The notes under the pieces are model-generated. The model made no database searches. It had not been told where the DNA came from and saw only the letters and a program-made list of their open reading frames with translations. Of a stretch of 53,487 bases of DNA, positions 17,648-26,928 are shown one piece after another. Location of the stretch: positions 1 through 53,487 of the forward strand of contig CAZHJZ010000006.1 of NCBI GenBank assembly GCA_964532495.1. The letters are read 5' to 3'. Origin of the DNA: an uncultured Candidatus Saccharibacteria bacterium (lineage in GTDB: Bacteria; Patescibacteriota; Minisyncoccia; Phycocordibacterales; UBA9973). Made by a program: the position numbers and the translations under genes. Position 1 is the stretch's first letter; every line of letters begins with the position of its first letter.

Positions 17648-18823
17648 ATGAAAGACAAACAAATTGAAAAGCTTATCAAAGCAGAAGAGAAGCGACAAAA
17701 AAGTGTTATCAACCTCATTGCGTCTGAAAACTATGTTTCGGATGATGTGCTTAAAGCTCTCGGTTCAAAGCTCACCAACAAATACGCCGAAGGATATCCT
17801 GGCCGACGTTACTACGGCGGTAATTCGATCATCGATAAAGTTGAAGTGATCGCCCAGGAACGCGCGCTCAAACTTTTTAATCTCAAACCCGCGAACTGGC
17901 ATGTGAATGTTCAGCCGCTTTCTGGTTCACCGGCAAACCTCGCAGTGTATTCTGCGCTTGTTCCACTTCACGCAAAGATCATGGGAATGAAGCTTTCTTC
18001 GGGCGGACACCTCACGCACGCGCAGCCGATGTCGATGACAGGAAAAATTTGGACACCAGTTCAGTACGAAGTTGATCCTGAAACTGGATTGCTCGACTAC
18101 AAAAAATTGAAAGAGCAGGCAATCGCTGAAAAACCGGCGATCATCGTTGCTGGTTTTACTGCCTATCCTCGAACAGTAGATTGGAAAAAGTTCCGTGAGA
18201 TCGCTGACGCATCTGGCGCGCTTCTTATGGTAGACATGTCTCACATCGCTGGCTTGATCGCCGGGGGAGTGTATCCATCTCCATTTCCATTTGCTGATGT
18301 TGTCACCACCACTGTCCACAAAACACTTCGCGGTCCTCGTTCGGCGCTGATCTTCGTTCGCAAAGACGAACGTGAATTCGAAAAGAAAATCGACAAGACT
18401 ATTATCCCAGGACTGTTTGGAGGTCCGCATGAAAACCAGATCGCTGCAGTGGCTATCGCACTTCGCGAAGACGCAACGCCGGCTTTCAAAAAATACGTGA
18501 AGCAGGTTGTGAAAAACGCCGCAGTTCTTGCTAAAGAACTCCAGACACTCGGATGGCGCGTTATTACTGGCGGAACGGATTCACACTTGATCCTCGTTGA
18601 TACATATATGAATGGCGCAGGTCCTGTCGGAAAAGAAGCCTCAGCACTTCTTGAAAAAGCTGGAATAATTGTGAACATGAACACCATTCCAGGCGACCCT
18701 CGCGGACCGATGGATCCTTCAGGTATCCGTATTGGTACAGCGGCTGAAACCACTCGCGGCAAGAAAGAAAAAGACATGATTGCCGTTGCTCGAAAGATGG
18801 ATAAAGTTTTGCGAGGAAAATAA
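17648..18823 (+). CDS. glyA: Serine hydroxymethyltransferase
   Basis: LIASENYVS, YAEGYPGRRYYGG, and the PLP-lysine motif TTTVHKTLRGPR. Confidence 0.95.
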   Translation: MKDKQIEKLIKAEEKRQKSVINLIASENYVSDDVLKALGSKLTNKYAEGYPGRRYYGGNSIIDKVEVIAQERALKLFNLKPANWHVNVQPLSGSPANLAVYSALVPLHAKIMGMKLSSGGHLTHAQPMSMTGKIWTPVQYEVDPETGLLDYKKLKEQAIAEKPAIIVAGFTAYPRTVDWKKFREIADASGALLMVDMSHIAGLIAGGVYPSPFPFADVVTTTVHKTLRGPRSALIFVRKDEREFEKKIDKTIIPGLFGGPHENQIAAVAIALREDATPAFKKYVKQVVKNAAVLAKELQTLGWRVITGGTDSHLILVDTYMNGAGPVGKEASALLEKAGIIVNMNTIPGDPRGPMDPSGIRIGTAAETTRGKKEKDMIAVARKMDKVLRGK

Positions 18824-18824
18824 T

Positions 18825-19346
18825 ATGGATGTACGATTGGTTGAGATCAAGGCGCGATGTGCTGATCAGGAAAAAGTCCGAGGAATTTTGAAAGCACAAA
18901 ACGCTGATTTTAAGGGAGTAGATCATCAGATAGATACATACTTCAACATTCCAGATGGGCGCATGAAGTTGCGAGAAGGGAACATCGAAAACTACTTAGT
19001 GTTTTACAAAAGAGCAGACGCCGCTGGTCCAAAAGAAAGCGCCTGTACTCTGTTGGAAATTAATCCTGCTGCTTCGCCAAAACAAATTCTCACTCAAGCA
19101 TTGGGCGTATTTGCTGTTGTCGATAAAAAAAGAGAAATTTATTTTATTGAAAATGTGAAATTCCATCTCGACATCCTCGAAGGTTTTGGGACATTTGTCG
19201 AGATAGAAGCGCGAGATACGACCGGTACATTGAGCAAAGAAAAATTACAAGAGCAGTGCAGTCATTATCAAGATCTTTTTGAAATCAAAGAAGAAGATTT
19301 AGTTACGGGATCGTATAGTGATATGGTGTTGAAAGGTAATCTTTAA
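18825..19346 (+). CDS. CYTH-domain protein (CyaB / class IV adenylyl cyclase-like)
   Basis: N-terminal VEIKA (ExExK-type) motif and the alternating beta-strand acidic/basic pattern ...FVEIEA... Starts 1 nt after the glyA stop. Confidence 0.7.
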   Translation: MDVRLVEIKARCADQEKVRGILKAQNADFKGVDHQIDTYFNIPDGRMKLREGNIENYLVFYKRADAAGPKESACTLLEINPAASPKQILTQALGVFAVVDKKREIYFIENVKFHLDILEGFGTFVEIEARDTTGTLSKEKLQEQCSHYQDLFEIKEEDLVTGSYSDMVLKGNL

Positions 19347-19348
19347 CT

Positions 19349-20041
19349 ATGAACATCAAAGATAAAATTATCGTTATAACTGGCGGGACAAAAGGCTTAG
19401 GGAAAGCTTTGGTTTTGCAGTTTACTCAGAAGGGTGCGCAGGTGATTACTACGACCCATACAGGAGATTCAACGGGAGATTTCCCTAGTAATGTCCTTCT
19501 TGTTAAGACTGATGTACGCAATGAAAAAGACGTAATCGGACTTGCTAAGACGGTTATGGAAAAGTTTGGCCGTATTGATATTTGGATCAATAATGCCGGC
19601 ATGCTGTATTCTTTTTCAAAGGAAGATGAATTCATCGATATGGAAAAAGCGCATGAGATCATGGACGTGAATTTCTTCGGTACTGTGTTTGGCTGCCGTA
19701 CGGCTCTCAGATATATGAAAGAAGCAAAAGAGGGTATTATTGTGAATATTCTTTCAACAGTAGCACTTGATGCAAGCGGAGCAAAAAATTTGAAAATATA
19801 TGGAGCAAGCAAGTGGGCAGTAAAAGGTTATTTACAGGGTCTCGAAGCTGAAAATATCGGCTCTGGTATTTCTTTGATTTCAGTATACCCAGGAGGAATG
19901 CAGACTGATCTATGGAGGGAATACAAACCTGAGAAATTCCCTGATTATATGGATGCTGATTCTGTCGCTGAAAAGATTATTGCAAATCTGCAGGCTGAAA
20001 TTCCAGAGAAAGAGCAAATTATAAAACGACCTGCGAAATAA
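19349..20041 (+). CDS. Short-chain dehydrogenase/reductase (SDR)
   Basis: TGGTKGLGKAL (TGxxxGxG), NNAG, and YGASK (YxxxK). Confidence 0.85.
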   Translation: MNIKDKIIVITGGTKGLGKALVLQFTQKGAQVITTTHTGDSTGDFPSNVLLVKTDVRNEKDVIGLAKTVMEKFGRIDIWINNAGMLYSFSKEDEFIDMEKAHEIMDVNFFGTVFGCRTALRYMKEAKEGIIVNILSTVALDASGAKNLKIYGASKWAVKGYLQGLEAENIGSGISLISVYPGGMQTDLWREYKPEKFPDYMDADSVAEKIIANLQAEIPEKEQIIKRPAK

Positions 20042-20047
20042 CTTAAT

Positions 20048-20629
20048 ATGCAAGACCAACTCGCCAAATTCAAAGCTGTTACCAAAGAGAATTTCTCTCG
20101 GCCAGACTTCGAATACCACGAATGGCTGTTTGAATACCATCTCGAAATTGTCAAAAAGATCGCGATGGAACTATGCGATATTTACAAAGATGCTGACCGT
20201 GACCTGGTAGAGGCGATGGTGTGGTTCCATGATTTTGGTAAGCCGCTTGATCGCAACAACGAGCGAGCGGTTACCGTTGTTGAAGGTCCGCGAGTGATGA
20301 GAGAATGCGGATTTCCTGAAGAGTTCATTCAGAAAACGATCGAGTACTGGAAGCTCATGGAACAGAAGAATGACATAGATATCCGCACTACGCCGATCGA
20401 GGTTCAGATCGTTTCGACTGCTGATGGGGCATCGCATTTTACTGGAGTATTTCATCCGAGTTACTGGTCCGATGGACTTTCACTTATGGAGACTCAGGAA
20501 GCGCTTCATGTTAAGATAAAGAAAGACTGGGAGCGAAAGATCGTCCTGCCAGAAGCAAAACAGGCCTTCGAAGGACATTACAAGCGCGCATTAGAATTAA
20601 TAGGGGAATTCCCGGAACGATTTATATGA
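20048..20629 (+). CDS. HD-domain phosphohydrolase
   Basis: H...HD...D pattern: EYHLE, WFHDFGK, STADGASH. Confidence 0.7.
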   Translation: MQDQLAKFKAVTKENFSRPDFEYHEWLFEYHLEIVKKIAMELCDIYKDADRDLVEAMVWFHDFGKPLDRNNERAVTVVEGPRVMRECGFPEEFIQKTIEYWKLMEQKNDIDIRTTPIEVQIVSTADGASHFTGVFHPSYWSDGLSLMETQEALHVKIKKDWERKIVLPEAKQAFEGHYKRALELIGEFPERFI

Positions 20630-21180
20630 TTGAAGTAGAGAAGAAATTTCGCCCAACAGAAGAACAGCTCAAAAATCTGGTTGCAGGCGCAGAGTTTTTG
20701 GGTGAGAAAATTGTGCATGATGTGTACTATGATTATCCCGATCTCCGATTGTTCAAGCAGGAAGTTCGATTGCGCAATCGTAATGGAAGCTATGAATTAA
20801 AAATAGGTGACGATGAGGGCGTTGGAGTTGCTGAAGAAATTGAAGAGGAAGCAGCAATCATGGCATATCTGAAAACAGAGTTGCCACTCCTCGATTTTAT
20901 AAAAGAAAATCTCACCGAGATCATTAACTATAAGCAAACTCGGAATAAATATAAAAAAGGTGATTTTACAATTGACGTAGATGTTATTGATTTCGGCTAT
21001 TCATGCGTTGAAATTGAGTTGATGGTGAAAGAAGAAAGCGAGATAGCAGGAGCACAACGGAAAATCTTTGAACTCGCTACTTCGTTTGGAATTGAAATAC
21101 AAGATGTTCCTTCTAAGCGAAATGAATATCTAAAATTGCGAAATCCGGAAGTGTATAAGATTCTTTATTCAAGTAACTAA
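20626..21180 (+). CDS. CYTH-domain protein (thiamine-triphosphatase-like subtype)
   Basis: N-terminal IEVEKKF (ExExK) and later VEIELMV. 4-nt ATGA overlap with the HD gene. Confidence 0.7.
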   Translation: MIEVEKKFRPTEEQLKNLVAGAEFLGEKIVHDVYYDYPDLRLFKQEVRLRNRNGSYELKIGDDEGVGVAEEIEEEAAIMAYLKTELPLLDFIKENLTEIINYKQTRNKYKKGDFTIDVDVIDFGYSCVEIELMVKEESEIAGAQRKIFELATSFGIEIQDVPSKRNEYLKLRNPEVYKILYSSN

Positions 21181-21187
21181 TACTTAT

Positions 21188-21619
21188 ATGGAAAACCACC
21201 CAAAAATCGGTATCGGCGTCATGATTTGGAAGGAAAACAAAATCCTTCTTGGCAAACGCAAAAATGCCCATGGGGCAGGCGAGTACTCGTTTCCGGGTGG
21301 GCGATTGGAATATGCAGAAACGTTAAAAGATTGCGCACGGAGAGAAACAAGAGAAGAGACAGGATTAGAAATTGAAAATATCCGTTTCAATTATCTTGCC
21401 GACGAACATGAACATATGCCGAAGCATTTTGTGCACATAGGTTTCATCGCCGATTGGAAAAATGGAGAACCTCAGACTCTAGAACCGGAAAAATGCGAAG
21501 GATGGAATTGGTATGCCATTGATCAGCTGCCTGATCCGCTTTTTCTCAAAACAAAAACCGCGATTGATGCCTTTATATCAGGAACGAAATTCCTTGATAT
21601 GGAAATTGAGCAAAAATAA
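21188..21619 (+). CDS. Nudix hydrolase
   Basis: Nudix box GGRLEYAETLKDCARRETREETGL. Confidence 0.85.
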   Translation: MENHPKIGIGVMIWKENKILLGKRKNAHGAGEYSFPGGRLEYAETLKDCARRETREETGLEIENIRFNYLADEHEHMPKHFVHIGFIADWKNGEPQTLEPEKCEGWNWYAIDQLPDPLFLKTKTAIDAFISGTKFLDMEIEQK

Positions 21620-21645
21620 ATGGCCATGCGGGTGCATAGCCATTT
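21618..21645. terminator. Hairpin terminator between convergent genes
   Basis: aaatggc-c-atgc / gcat-a-gccattt stem, T-rich downstream. Confidence 0.5.
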
Positions 21646-21664
21646 CTGTCTTTAGGTTTTTTCC

Positions 21665-22156
21665 TTAAATTAAAAATTCTGCAATAGTGCATGCATGTCT
21701 GCCAGTAAGTCCTGGAAGGGGAAGTTCAGCACTGGCGCCAACTTTTTTGTTCCGTAATTGGGAAGCAATAGGTGCAAGCGAAGTTATGCGCACTGCGTCT
21801 TCTCTGGTTAAGCCTGTGGGCTTGGTTTCACTTTTGGGGATCCATGCTCCGGCCATATTGAACCAGAAAGATTTGCCTTTGTTGGTTTTTACCCGTACAT
21901 CGTGGCCGATAGTGATAGTCAACCGCGAAGGGTCGGGAGTATATACTACCGAACTGGCAAATTCTTGTTGCAGCCTCTCTAGTTTTGCGGCATCAGAATC
22001 TATTGAAAACGGAATCTGTCCAGCAGAGAACGAGTCGTCATAGTTATCTGTTCCCGCAGCGTGCGCTTCAGCAAGCTCTGCTTTAATACTTTTTTCTAAT
22101 AATTCAATCTCTCTTCGTAAGGCGTCATAGTCCCCCTGTAATAGTTGTAAAGCCAT
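21665..22156 (-). CDS. GreA/GreB-family-like protein (divergent)
   Basis: N-terminal coiled coil. The C-terminal segment ITSLAPIASQLRNKKVGASAEL resembles the Gre C-terminal SPLGxALLGKKVGD motif. Confidence 0.45.
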   Translation of the reverse strand: MALQLLQGDYDALRREIELLEKSIKAELAEAHAAGTDNYDDSFSAGQIPFSIDSDAAKLERLQQEFASSVVYTPDPSRLTITIGHDVRVKTNKGKSFWFNMAGAWIPKSETKPTGLTREDAVRITSLAPIASQLRNKKVGASAELPLPGLTGRHACTIAEFLI

Positions 22157-22257
22157 TCTTTCTTGATTTTTTTGTTGGTGAATTTTCTATATATTACCAC
22201 GCTTTTATCAATAAGTCCATTTTTGACTATCGGCCAGTAAATAGCTACTATAGATGC

Positions 22258-22923
22258 ATGTCTTTCCTACAAAACACCGCAAATAGAACGCTTTTTTTGC
22301 TGACAGCACTTGCGGTCGCCCTCAATCTTGGCAGGGCGGTAGCAACGCATCAGACAGGCGATCTCTACCTTAGTTGGAATATTTTCTTGGCACTGCTCCC
22401 GTTTGCAGTAAGTACGTCCTTGCTCTGGTATTCCAAACAGCCGAAAGTTTCACTTTTTGTACTTGTGTTCGGATTGCTAGTCTGGCTGGCGCTTTTTCCT
22501 AACGCTCCATATCTTCTGACTGATTTTATCCATGTTAGAAATGGTGCCATACTTTCGATTTGGTATAACATAATCATGTTTTTCTCTGCTGCTTGGGTTG
22601 GTCTCTTTGCAGCTTTCTATTCGCTTTCGCATATTGAAACATTGCTAGGGAAATATTTCAAAAAGCTCGTCGTATGGGTGCTGCTTTCAGCGGCGCTCAT
22701 TGTAAGCAGTTTTGGCATTTACATCGGACGCTTCCTTCGCTGGAATAGCTGGGATGTTTTTGTGAATCCTCGCGAGCTCGTCGCAGATATCTGGATCGTT
22801 TTTACAAAATCTGGGCAGCATCAAGATGCGTTTTTCTTCACCTTTATTTTCTTTATCTTTATGCTTGTCTCATATATTGCGCTGAGAACTCCTAATAGGG
22901 AATTCGCATCGACCAAGGTATAA
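22258..22923 (+). CDS. DUF1361-like polytopic membrane protein
   Basis: 221 aa, about 6 TM. The WNIFLALLPF motif resembles DUF1361. Confidence 0.5.
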   Translation: MSFLQNTANRTLFLLTALAVALNLGRAVATHQTGDLYLSWNIFLALLPFAVSTSLLWYSKQPKVSLFVLVFGLLVWLALFPNAPYLLTDFIHVRNGAILSIWYNIIMFFSAAWVGLFAAFYSLSHIETLLGKYFKKLVVWVLLSAALIVSSFGIYIGRFLRWNSWDVFVNPRELVADIWIVFTKSGQHQDAFFFTFIFFIFMLVSYIALRTPNREFASTKV

Positions 22924-22930
22924 TCCTCTC

Positions 22931-23626
22931 ATGAAAAAGAAGGGAACATTCATCGTTATTGACGGCACTGACGGGAGCGGAAAGGCAACACAGGTTGACC
23001 TGCTCTTGAAGCGCCTCAAAAAAGAAGGAAAGACAGTAAAGGTTGTGGATTTTCCTGATTACTACAAAAATTTCTTCGGCGCGTTTATCGGCCACTGCTT
23101 AACTGAGCAGTACTACAATTTCTCACACCTGCACCCTAAGATCGCCTCGGTTCTTTATGCAGCGGATCGATGGGAATCATCAGAAGAAATTAAGGGCTGG
23201 CTTCAAAAAGGATACATTGTTCTTGCGAACAGGTATGTGTCCGCAAACCAAATTCACCAAGGCGGAAAAATTACTGATTCAAAAAAAAGAAAAGATTTCC
23301 TCAAATGGCTTGATCAGATGGAATACGGCGTTTTTAAAATTCCAAAGCCCGATGTCGTTCTCTATCTTTCTGTCCCGCTCGCAGTTTCTCAGAAGCTTAT
23401 GAAGGAACGCGATAAGCAGTCTTCTCGAACCTACAAAGGAAAAAAGAAAGATGTGCACGAGGGAGATCCTGTCCATCTTGAGAATGCCCGAACAAGCGCG
23501 CTGAAGCTTGTAAAAGAACTGAATAATTTCGTAAAGATAGACTGTGCGCCAAAAGGCGAATTGCTTTCCCGCGAAACTATTCACGAGCAAGTATATGCTC
23601 AGGCAAAAATGATCATAAAAAAGTAA
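22931..23626 (+). CDS. tmk: Thymidylate kinase
   Basis: P-loop FIVIDGTDGSGKATQ, DRW/DRY-type motif AADRW, and a lid region. Confidence 0.85.
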   Translation: MKKKGTFIVIDGTDGSGKATQVDLLLKRLKKEGKTVKVVDFPDYYKNFFGAFIGHCLTEQYYNFSHLHPKIASVLYAADRWESSEEIKGWLQKGYIVLANRYVSANQIHQGGKITDSKKRKDFLKWLDQMEYGVFKIPKPDVVLYLSVPLAVSQKLMKERDKQSSRTYKGKKKDVHEGDPVHLENARTSALKLVKELNNFVKIDCAPKGELLSRETIHEQVYAQAKMIIKK

Positions 23627-23684
23627 AAAACTGCCTCGTTTGACGAATGTCTCTTTTGTGGTATGGTAAAGAAAAGACCTTACT

Positions 23685-24617
23685 ATGAAAAACAAAATAA
23701 CGTATACGCCAATTTTTGTTGGCCTCACTGCGAGCGGGTATGATGTTAATGGAGTGAAGGAGGAATTAGCACTTGAGATAATTAAAGCGCAACATATCGT
23801 TGAAAAAATTGCATCGTATTACCAGCTCACCTTTGAAGAAGTTGTTAAGTCCGGACGAAAGGGAGCTATCGGTGTTGCTCGGAGAGCAGCTATCTATAGA
23901 ATCATATACGAGACTAAGTTGAGCAAAGTTGCAATCGGCTCTTTATTTATTGGAGAAAGCAAGAAAGAAAAGGTGCCTGCCAGGGTTTCTGGCATGAGTC
24001 ACGCAACAGTGAGCGACATACAGAAAAAGATCAATCTCGCAAAGAAACTGCTGGTTCGGCAAGAACGGCTTCGCCCAAAACTGTTAGCGATACTGCAATT
24101 GATCAAACAGACAGGGACTGAAGACTCAAATGGTGGCATGCCTGAAGTTATTGATTTGGAAAGTACTCCGCAGCATACTGGCAACAAAAAAATAACCAAA
24201 GAGCTTATGGTGCCTTTCTTATCCAATCACATCAAAGAGCCACAAGGGATTGAGGTATTGAAAAATATTGGAGGCATCGAAGTATTGCAGGCAATACAGG
24301 AAGTCAGTGCTCTTACGGAAAAGGAGCTTTTAGAAATTGGAGAAGGCAATCCGCACAGGGAATACCACCAGATTTTGATTGCTTGTATAAAAAGCAGATT
24401 CCGCCATTTTCCCTTAGAGAAATATGCTGAAATGTTTACTATTGTTTCTAAAGAAGTAGCTCACTATACTGTTGAAGACATAACTGAGTTTTTGGTAAAC
24501 CATGAGCAGAAAATGACTTTTGGGAAACTGCCAATGCTCGAGTATGCAACGCACGAACCATATCGGAAATTGGTTCAAAAAATCGAAGCTACAGTTTTGA
24601 GAAACATGAAATTTTGA
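23685..24617 (+). CDS. Protein with a DnaA domain-IV-like helix-turn-helix (no AAA+ module)
   Basis: IVEKIASYYQLTFEEVVKSGRKGAIGVARRAAIYRIIYETKLSKVAIGSLF...GMSHATVSDIQKKI parallels the DnaA C-terminal DNA-binding domain (R..i..aRq.amyl...t..s...IG..f...dHtTV.ha..ki). Confidence 0.55.
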   Translation: MKNKITYTPIFVGLTASGYDVNGVKEELALEIIKAQHIVEKIASYYQLTFEEVVKSGRKGAIGVARRAAIYRIIYETKLSKVAIGSLFIGESKKEKVPARVSGMSHATVSDIQKKINLAKKLLVRQERLRPKLLAILQLIKQTGTEDSNGGMPEVIDLESTPQHTGNKKITKELMVPFLSNHIKEPQGIEVLKNIGGIEVLQAIQEVSALTEKELLEIGEGNPHREYHQILIACIKSRFRHFPLEKYAEMFTIVSKEVAHYTVEDITEFLVNHEQKMTFGKLPMLEYATHEPYRKLVQKIEATVLRNMKF

Positions 24618-24638
24618 TTTATATATTATACAGTTACT

Positions 24639-24667
24639 ACTCCCCAAAACAGCGGGGAGTTTTTTTA
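24639..24667 (+). terminator. Intrinsic terminator
   Basis: Stem actcccc/ggggagt, then T7. Confidence 0.8.
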
Positions 24668-24678
24668 TTGCCATTTTT

Positions 24679-24687
24679 TGCTACAAT
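24679..24687 (+). promoter_or_regulatory. Extended -10 promoter element TGCTACAAT for dut-argS
   Basis: TGC plus TACAAT (24682..24687). No good -35. Only 9 nt to the dut ATG. Confidence 0.45.
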
Positions 24688-24696
24688 GCACTCACT

Positions 24697-25119
24697 ATGC
24701 AGATCAGAGCGAAGCGGTTGAAGCCAGAAGCTATTATGCCCAAATACGCGCACCCAGGCGATGTTGGCCTGGATCTTTACGCTGTCGAGACTGTTACTAT
24801 TCCTCCAGGCGGGCATTACCGCTTGTGGCATGGCTTTGCGTTAGAGTTTCCAATAGGCTATGCAGCAACTGTGAAGGATAAATCAAGCATTTCTAAAGCA
24901 GGCCTGCATACCATGGGAGGTGTTTTTGATGCCGGATACCGCGGAGAATATAATACGCATCTCGTAAATCTCAGCACTGAGCCATATACGATAGAGGCGG
25001 GCGACAAAGTGTCCCAGTTGGTCATTTTCCCTGTAGCGATTGCAGAAATCGAAGAAACTGATACATTAAGTGAATCCAGCCGTGGCGAAGGAGCCTTCGG
25101 TTCGACGGGAAAGAAATAA
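24697..25119 (+). CDS. dut: dUTP diphosphatase
   Basis: PKYAHPGDVGLDLYA, GVFDAGYRGE, and the C-terminal SSRGEGAFGSTG motif. Confidence 0.9.
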   Translation: MQIRAKRLKPEAIMPKYAHPGDVGLDLYAVETVTIPPGGHYRLWHGFALEFPIGYAATVKDKSSISKAGLHTMGGVFDAGYRGEYNTHLVNLSTEPYTIEAGDKVSQLVIFPVAIAEIEETDTLSESSRGEGAFGSTGKK

Positions 25120-26832
25120 ATGAAAGAAAAACTCGAAGAGAACATCAAGCAAGCCCTCTCCAATCTCGGCATCTCCGTCGAGGCTGTTTCCATTGAGCAT
25201 CCAGCAGATATTAAAAACGGCGACTATTCTACGAATACCGCCCTTGCCGTTTCAAAGCAAGCTGGCAAAAGCCCTCGTGAAATAGCTGAACTTCTTGTTA
25301 CTGAACTTTCAAAAAATCCAATTGCGGAAATAGCAGCAATTGAGATCGCTGGTCCAGGGTTTATTAATTTCCGATTGACCAAAGAATTCTTTTCAAAAAG
25401 CGTGGCAGAAATTTCAAGCCTTGCTTCGATATGGGGAACTAATACAATCGCGGAAGGCAAAAAAGTAATGGTTGAATATACCGACCCAAACCCGTTTAAG
25501 CCTTTTCATATCGGACATCTCATGACGAATGCTATTGGCGAATCCATTGCTCGCATCCATGGTGCATCGGGCGTGCACGTTGTTCGCGCAAACTATCAGG
25601 GCGATGTTGGCCTCCATGTTGCCAAGTCTATCTGGATGATTCTGAAGAAAGGGAAAGGCGATACAAGCGTTTCAGTCGGAGCACAAGCACAATATATTGG
25701 CGCGTGTTATGCCGAGGCTTCTAGTGCATATGACGAAGATGCAACTGCAAAAGCGGAAATCGATGCTATCAACAAAAAAGTGTATGAACGAAGCGACGCA
25801 GATGTTAACGAAATATATGATTGGGGAAGAAAGGTAACCCTCGAAGCATTTGAAGAAATTTACAAAACGCTTGGGACAAAATTCAACCACTACTTTTTTG
25901 AAAGCGAGATGGCTCCAATCGGTGCTGCTATCGTCAGAGAAAACACAGGCAACGTGTTTGAGGAATCAGATGGTGCCATTGTTTTTCATGCTGAAAATTA
26001 CAACCCAAAACTGCACACTCGAGTGTTCATAACGAAGCAAGGTTTGCCAACATATGAGACAAAGGAAATCGGCCTCACTACTAAAAAATTCGAAAAGGAA
26101 TCAAACCTAGATCTTTCAATTGTGATTACCGCTATTGAGCAAGGGGAATACATGAAAGTAGTCCAGAAGGCTATTTCGCTCATTCACCCGGAACTTGAAT
26201 CACGCATGAAGCATCTTACGCACGGCATGATGCGTTTTGCTTCAGGTAAAATGAGCTCACGAAAAGGGAATGTTATTACCGGAGAATCATTGATGAATGA
26301 CGCTCGGGAGCTTGTGCATGAAAAAATGGCTGATCGAGAATTGTCAGCAGAAGAACGAGAAACGATCGCCTCTCAAGTCGGGGTGGCTGCTTTGAAATAT
26401 TCTATTTTGAAACAATCGCTTGGAGGGGATATCATTTACGATTTTGAAAAATCAGTTTCATTTGAAGGTGATTCAGGTCCGTATCTTCAGTACACTGCAG
26501 TTCGCGCGAATGCGGTGCTAGAAAAGGGGAAACAAGCAGGACTTGTTCCTGATGCCGCTTTGCCTGAAACATGGCAAACAACCGGACTCGAAAAACATTT
26601 GTACCGTTTCCCTGAAGTGGTGATGCATGCGTATACCTTGCTTGAACCGCACCATATCGCCACCTATCTCACGGAATTGGCTTCGCTTTTTAACTCATTG
26701 TATGGTGAACACCAGATCGTAAACAAAGAAGATTCGGCCTCTCCATACAAGATGGCAATTACCCAGGCATTTGTCATTACAATGAAAAACGGCTTGAATT
26801 TACTGGGCATTTCAGTGCCTGAAAAGATGTAG
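25120..26832 (+). CDS. argS: Arginyl-tRNA synthetase
   Basis: PNPFKPFHIGHLM (HIGH), the MSSRKGN region, a DALR-type C-terminus ending in M. Starts immediately after the dut stop. Confidence 0.92.
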   Translation: MKEKLEENIKQALSNLGISVEAVSIEHPADIKNGDYSTNTALAVSKQAGKSPREIAELLVTELSKNPIAEIAAIEIAGPGFINFRLTKEFFSKSVAEISSLASIWGTNTIAEGKKVMVEYTDPNPFKPFHIGHLMTNAIGESIARIHGASGVHVVRANYQGDVGLHVAKSIWMILKKGKGDTSVSVGAQAQYIGACYAEASSAYDEDATAKAEIDAINKKVYERSDADVNEIYDWGRKVTLEAFEEIYKTLGTKFNHYFFESEMAPIGAAIVRENTGNVFEESDGAIVFHAENYNPKLHTRVFITKQGLPTYETKEIGLTTKKFEKESNLDLSIVITAIEQGEYMKVVQKAISLIHPELESRMKHLTHGMMRFASGKMSSRKGNVITGESLMNDARELVHEKMADRELSAEERETIASQVGVAALKYSILKQSLGGDIIYDFEKSVSFEGDSGPYLQYTAVRANAVLEKGKQAGLVPDAALPETWQTTGLEKHLYRFPEVVMHAYTLLEPHHIATYLTELASLFNSLYGEHQIVNKEDSASPYKMAITQAFVITMKNGLNLLGISVPEKM

Positions 26833-26860
26833 TTGACAAAACGTTTTGATGCTGTACTAT
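26833..26860 (+). promoter_or_regulatory. Candidate promoter TTGACA-N16-TACTAT
   Basis: Hexamers at 26833..26838 and 26855..26860. Confidence 0.45.
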
Positions 26861-26928
26861 AGAGTAAACCTACGGCCATTCTATTTTTTCACAGGTTCCT
26901 AAGCGAACTTTAAAACCTACATAGCCAC

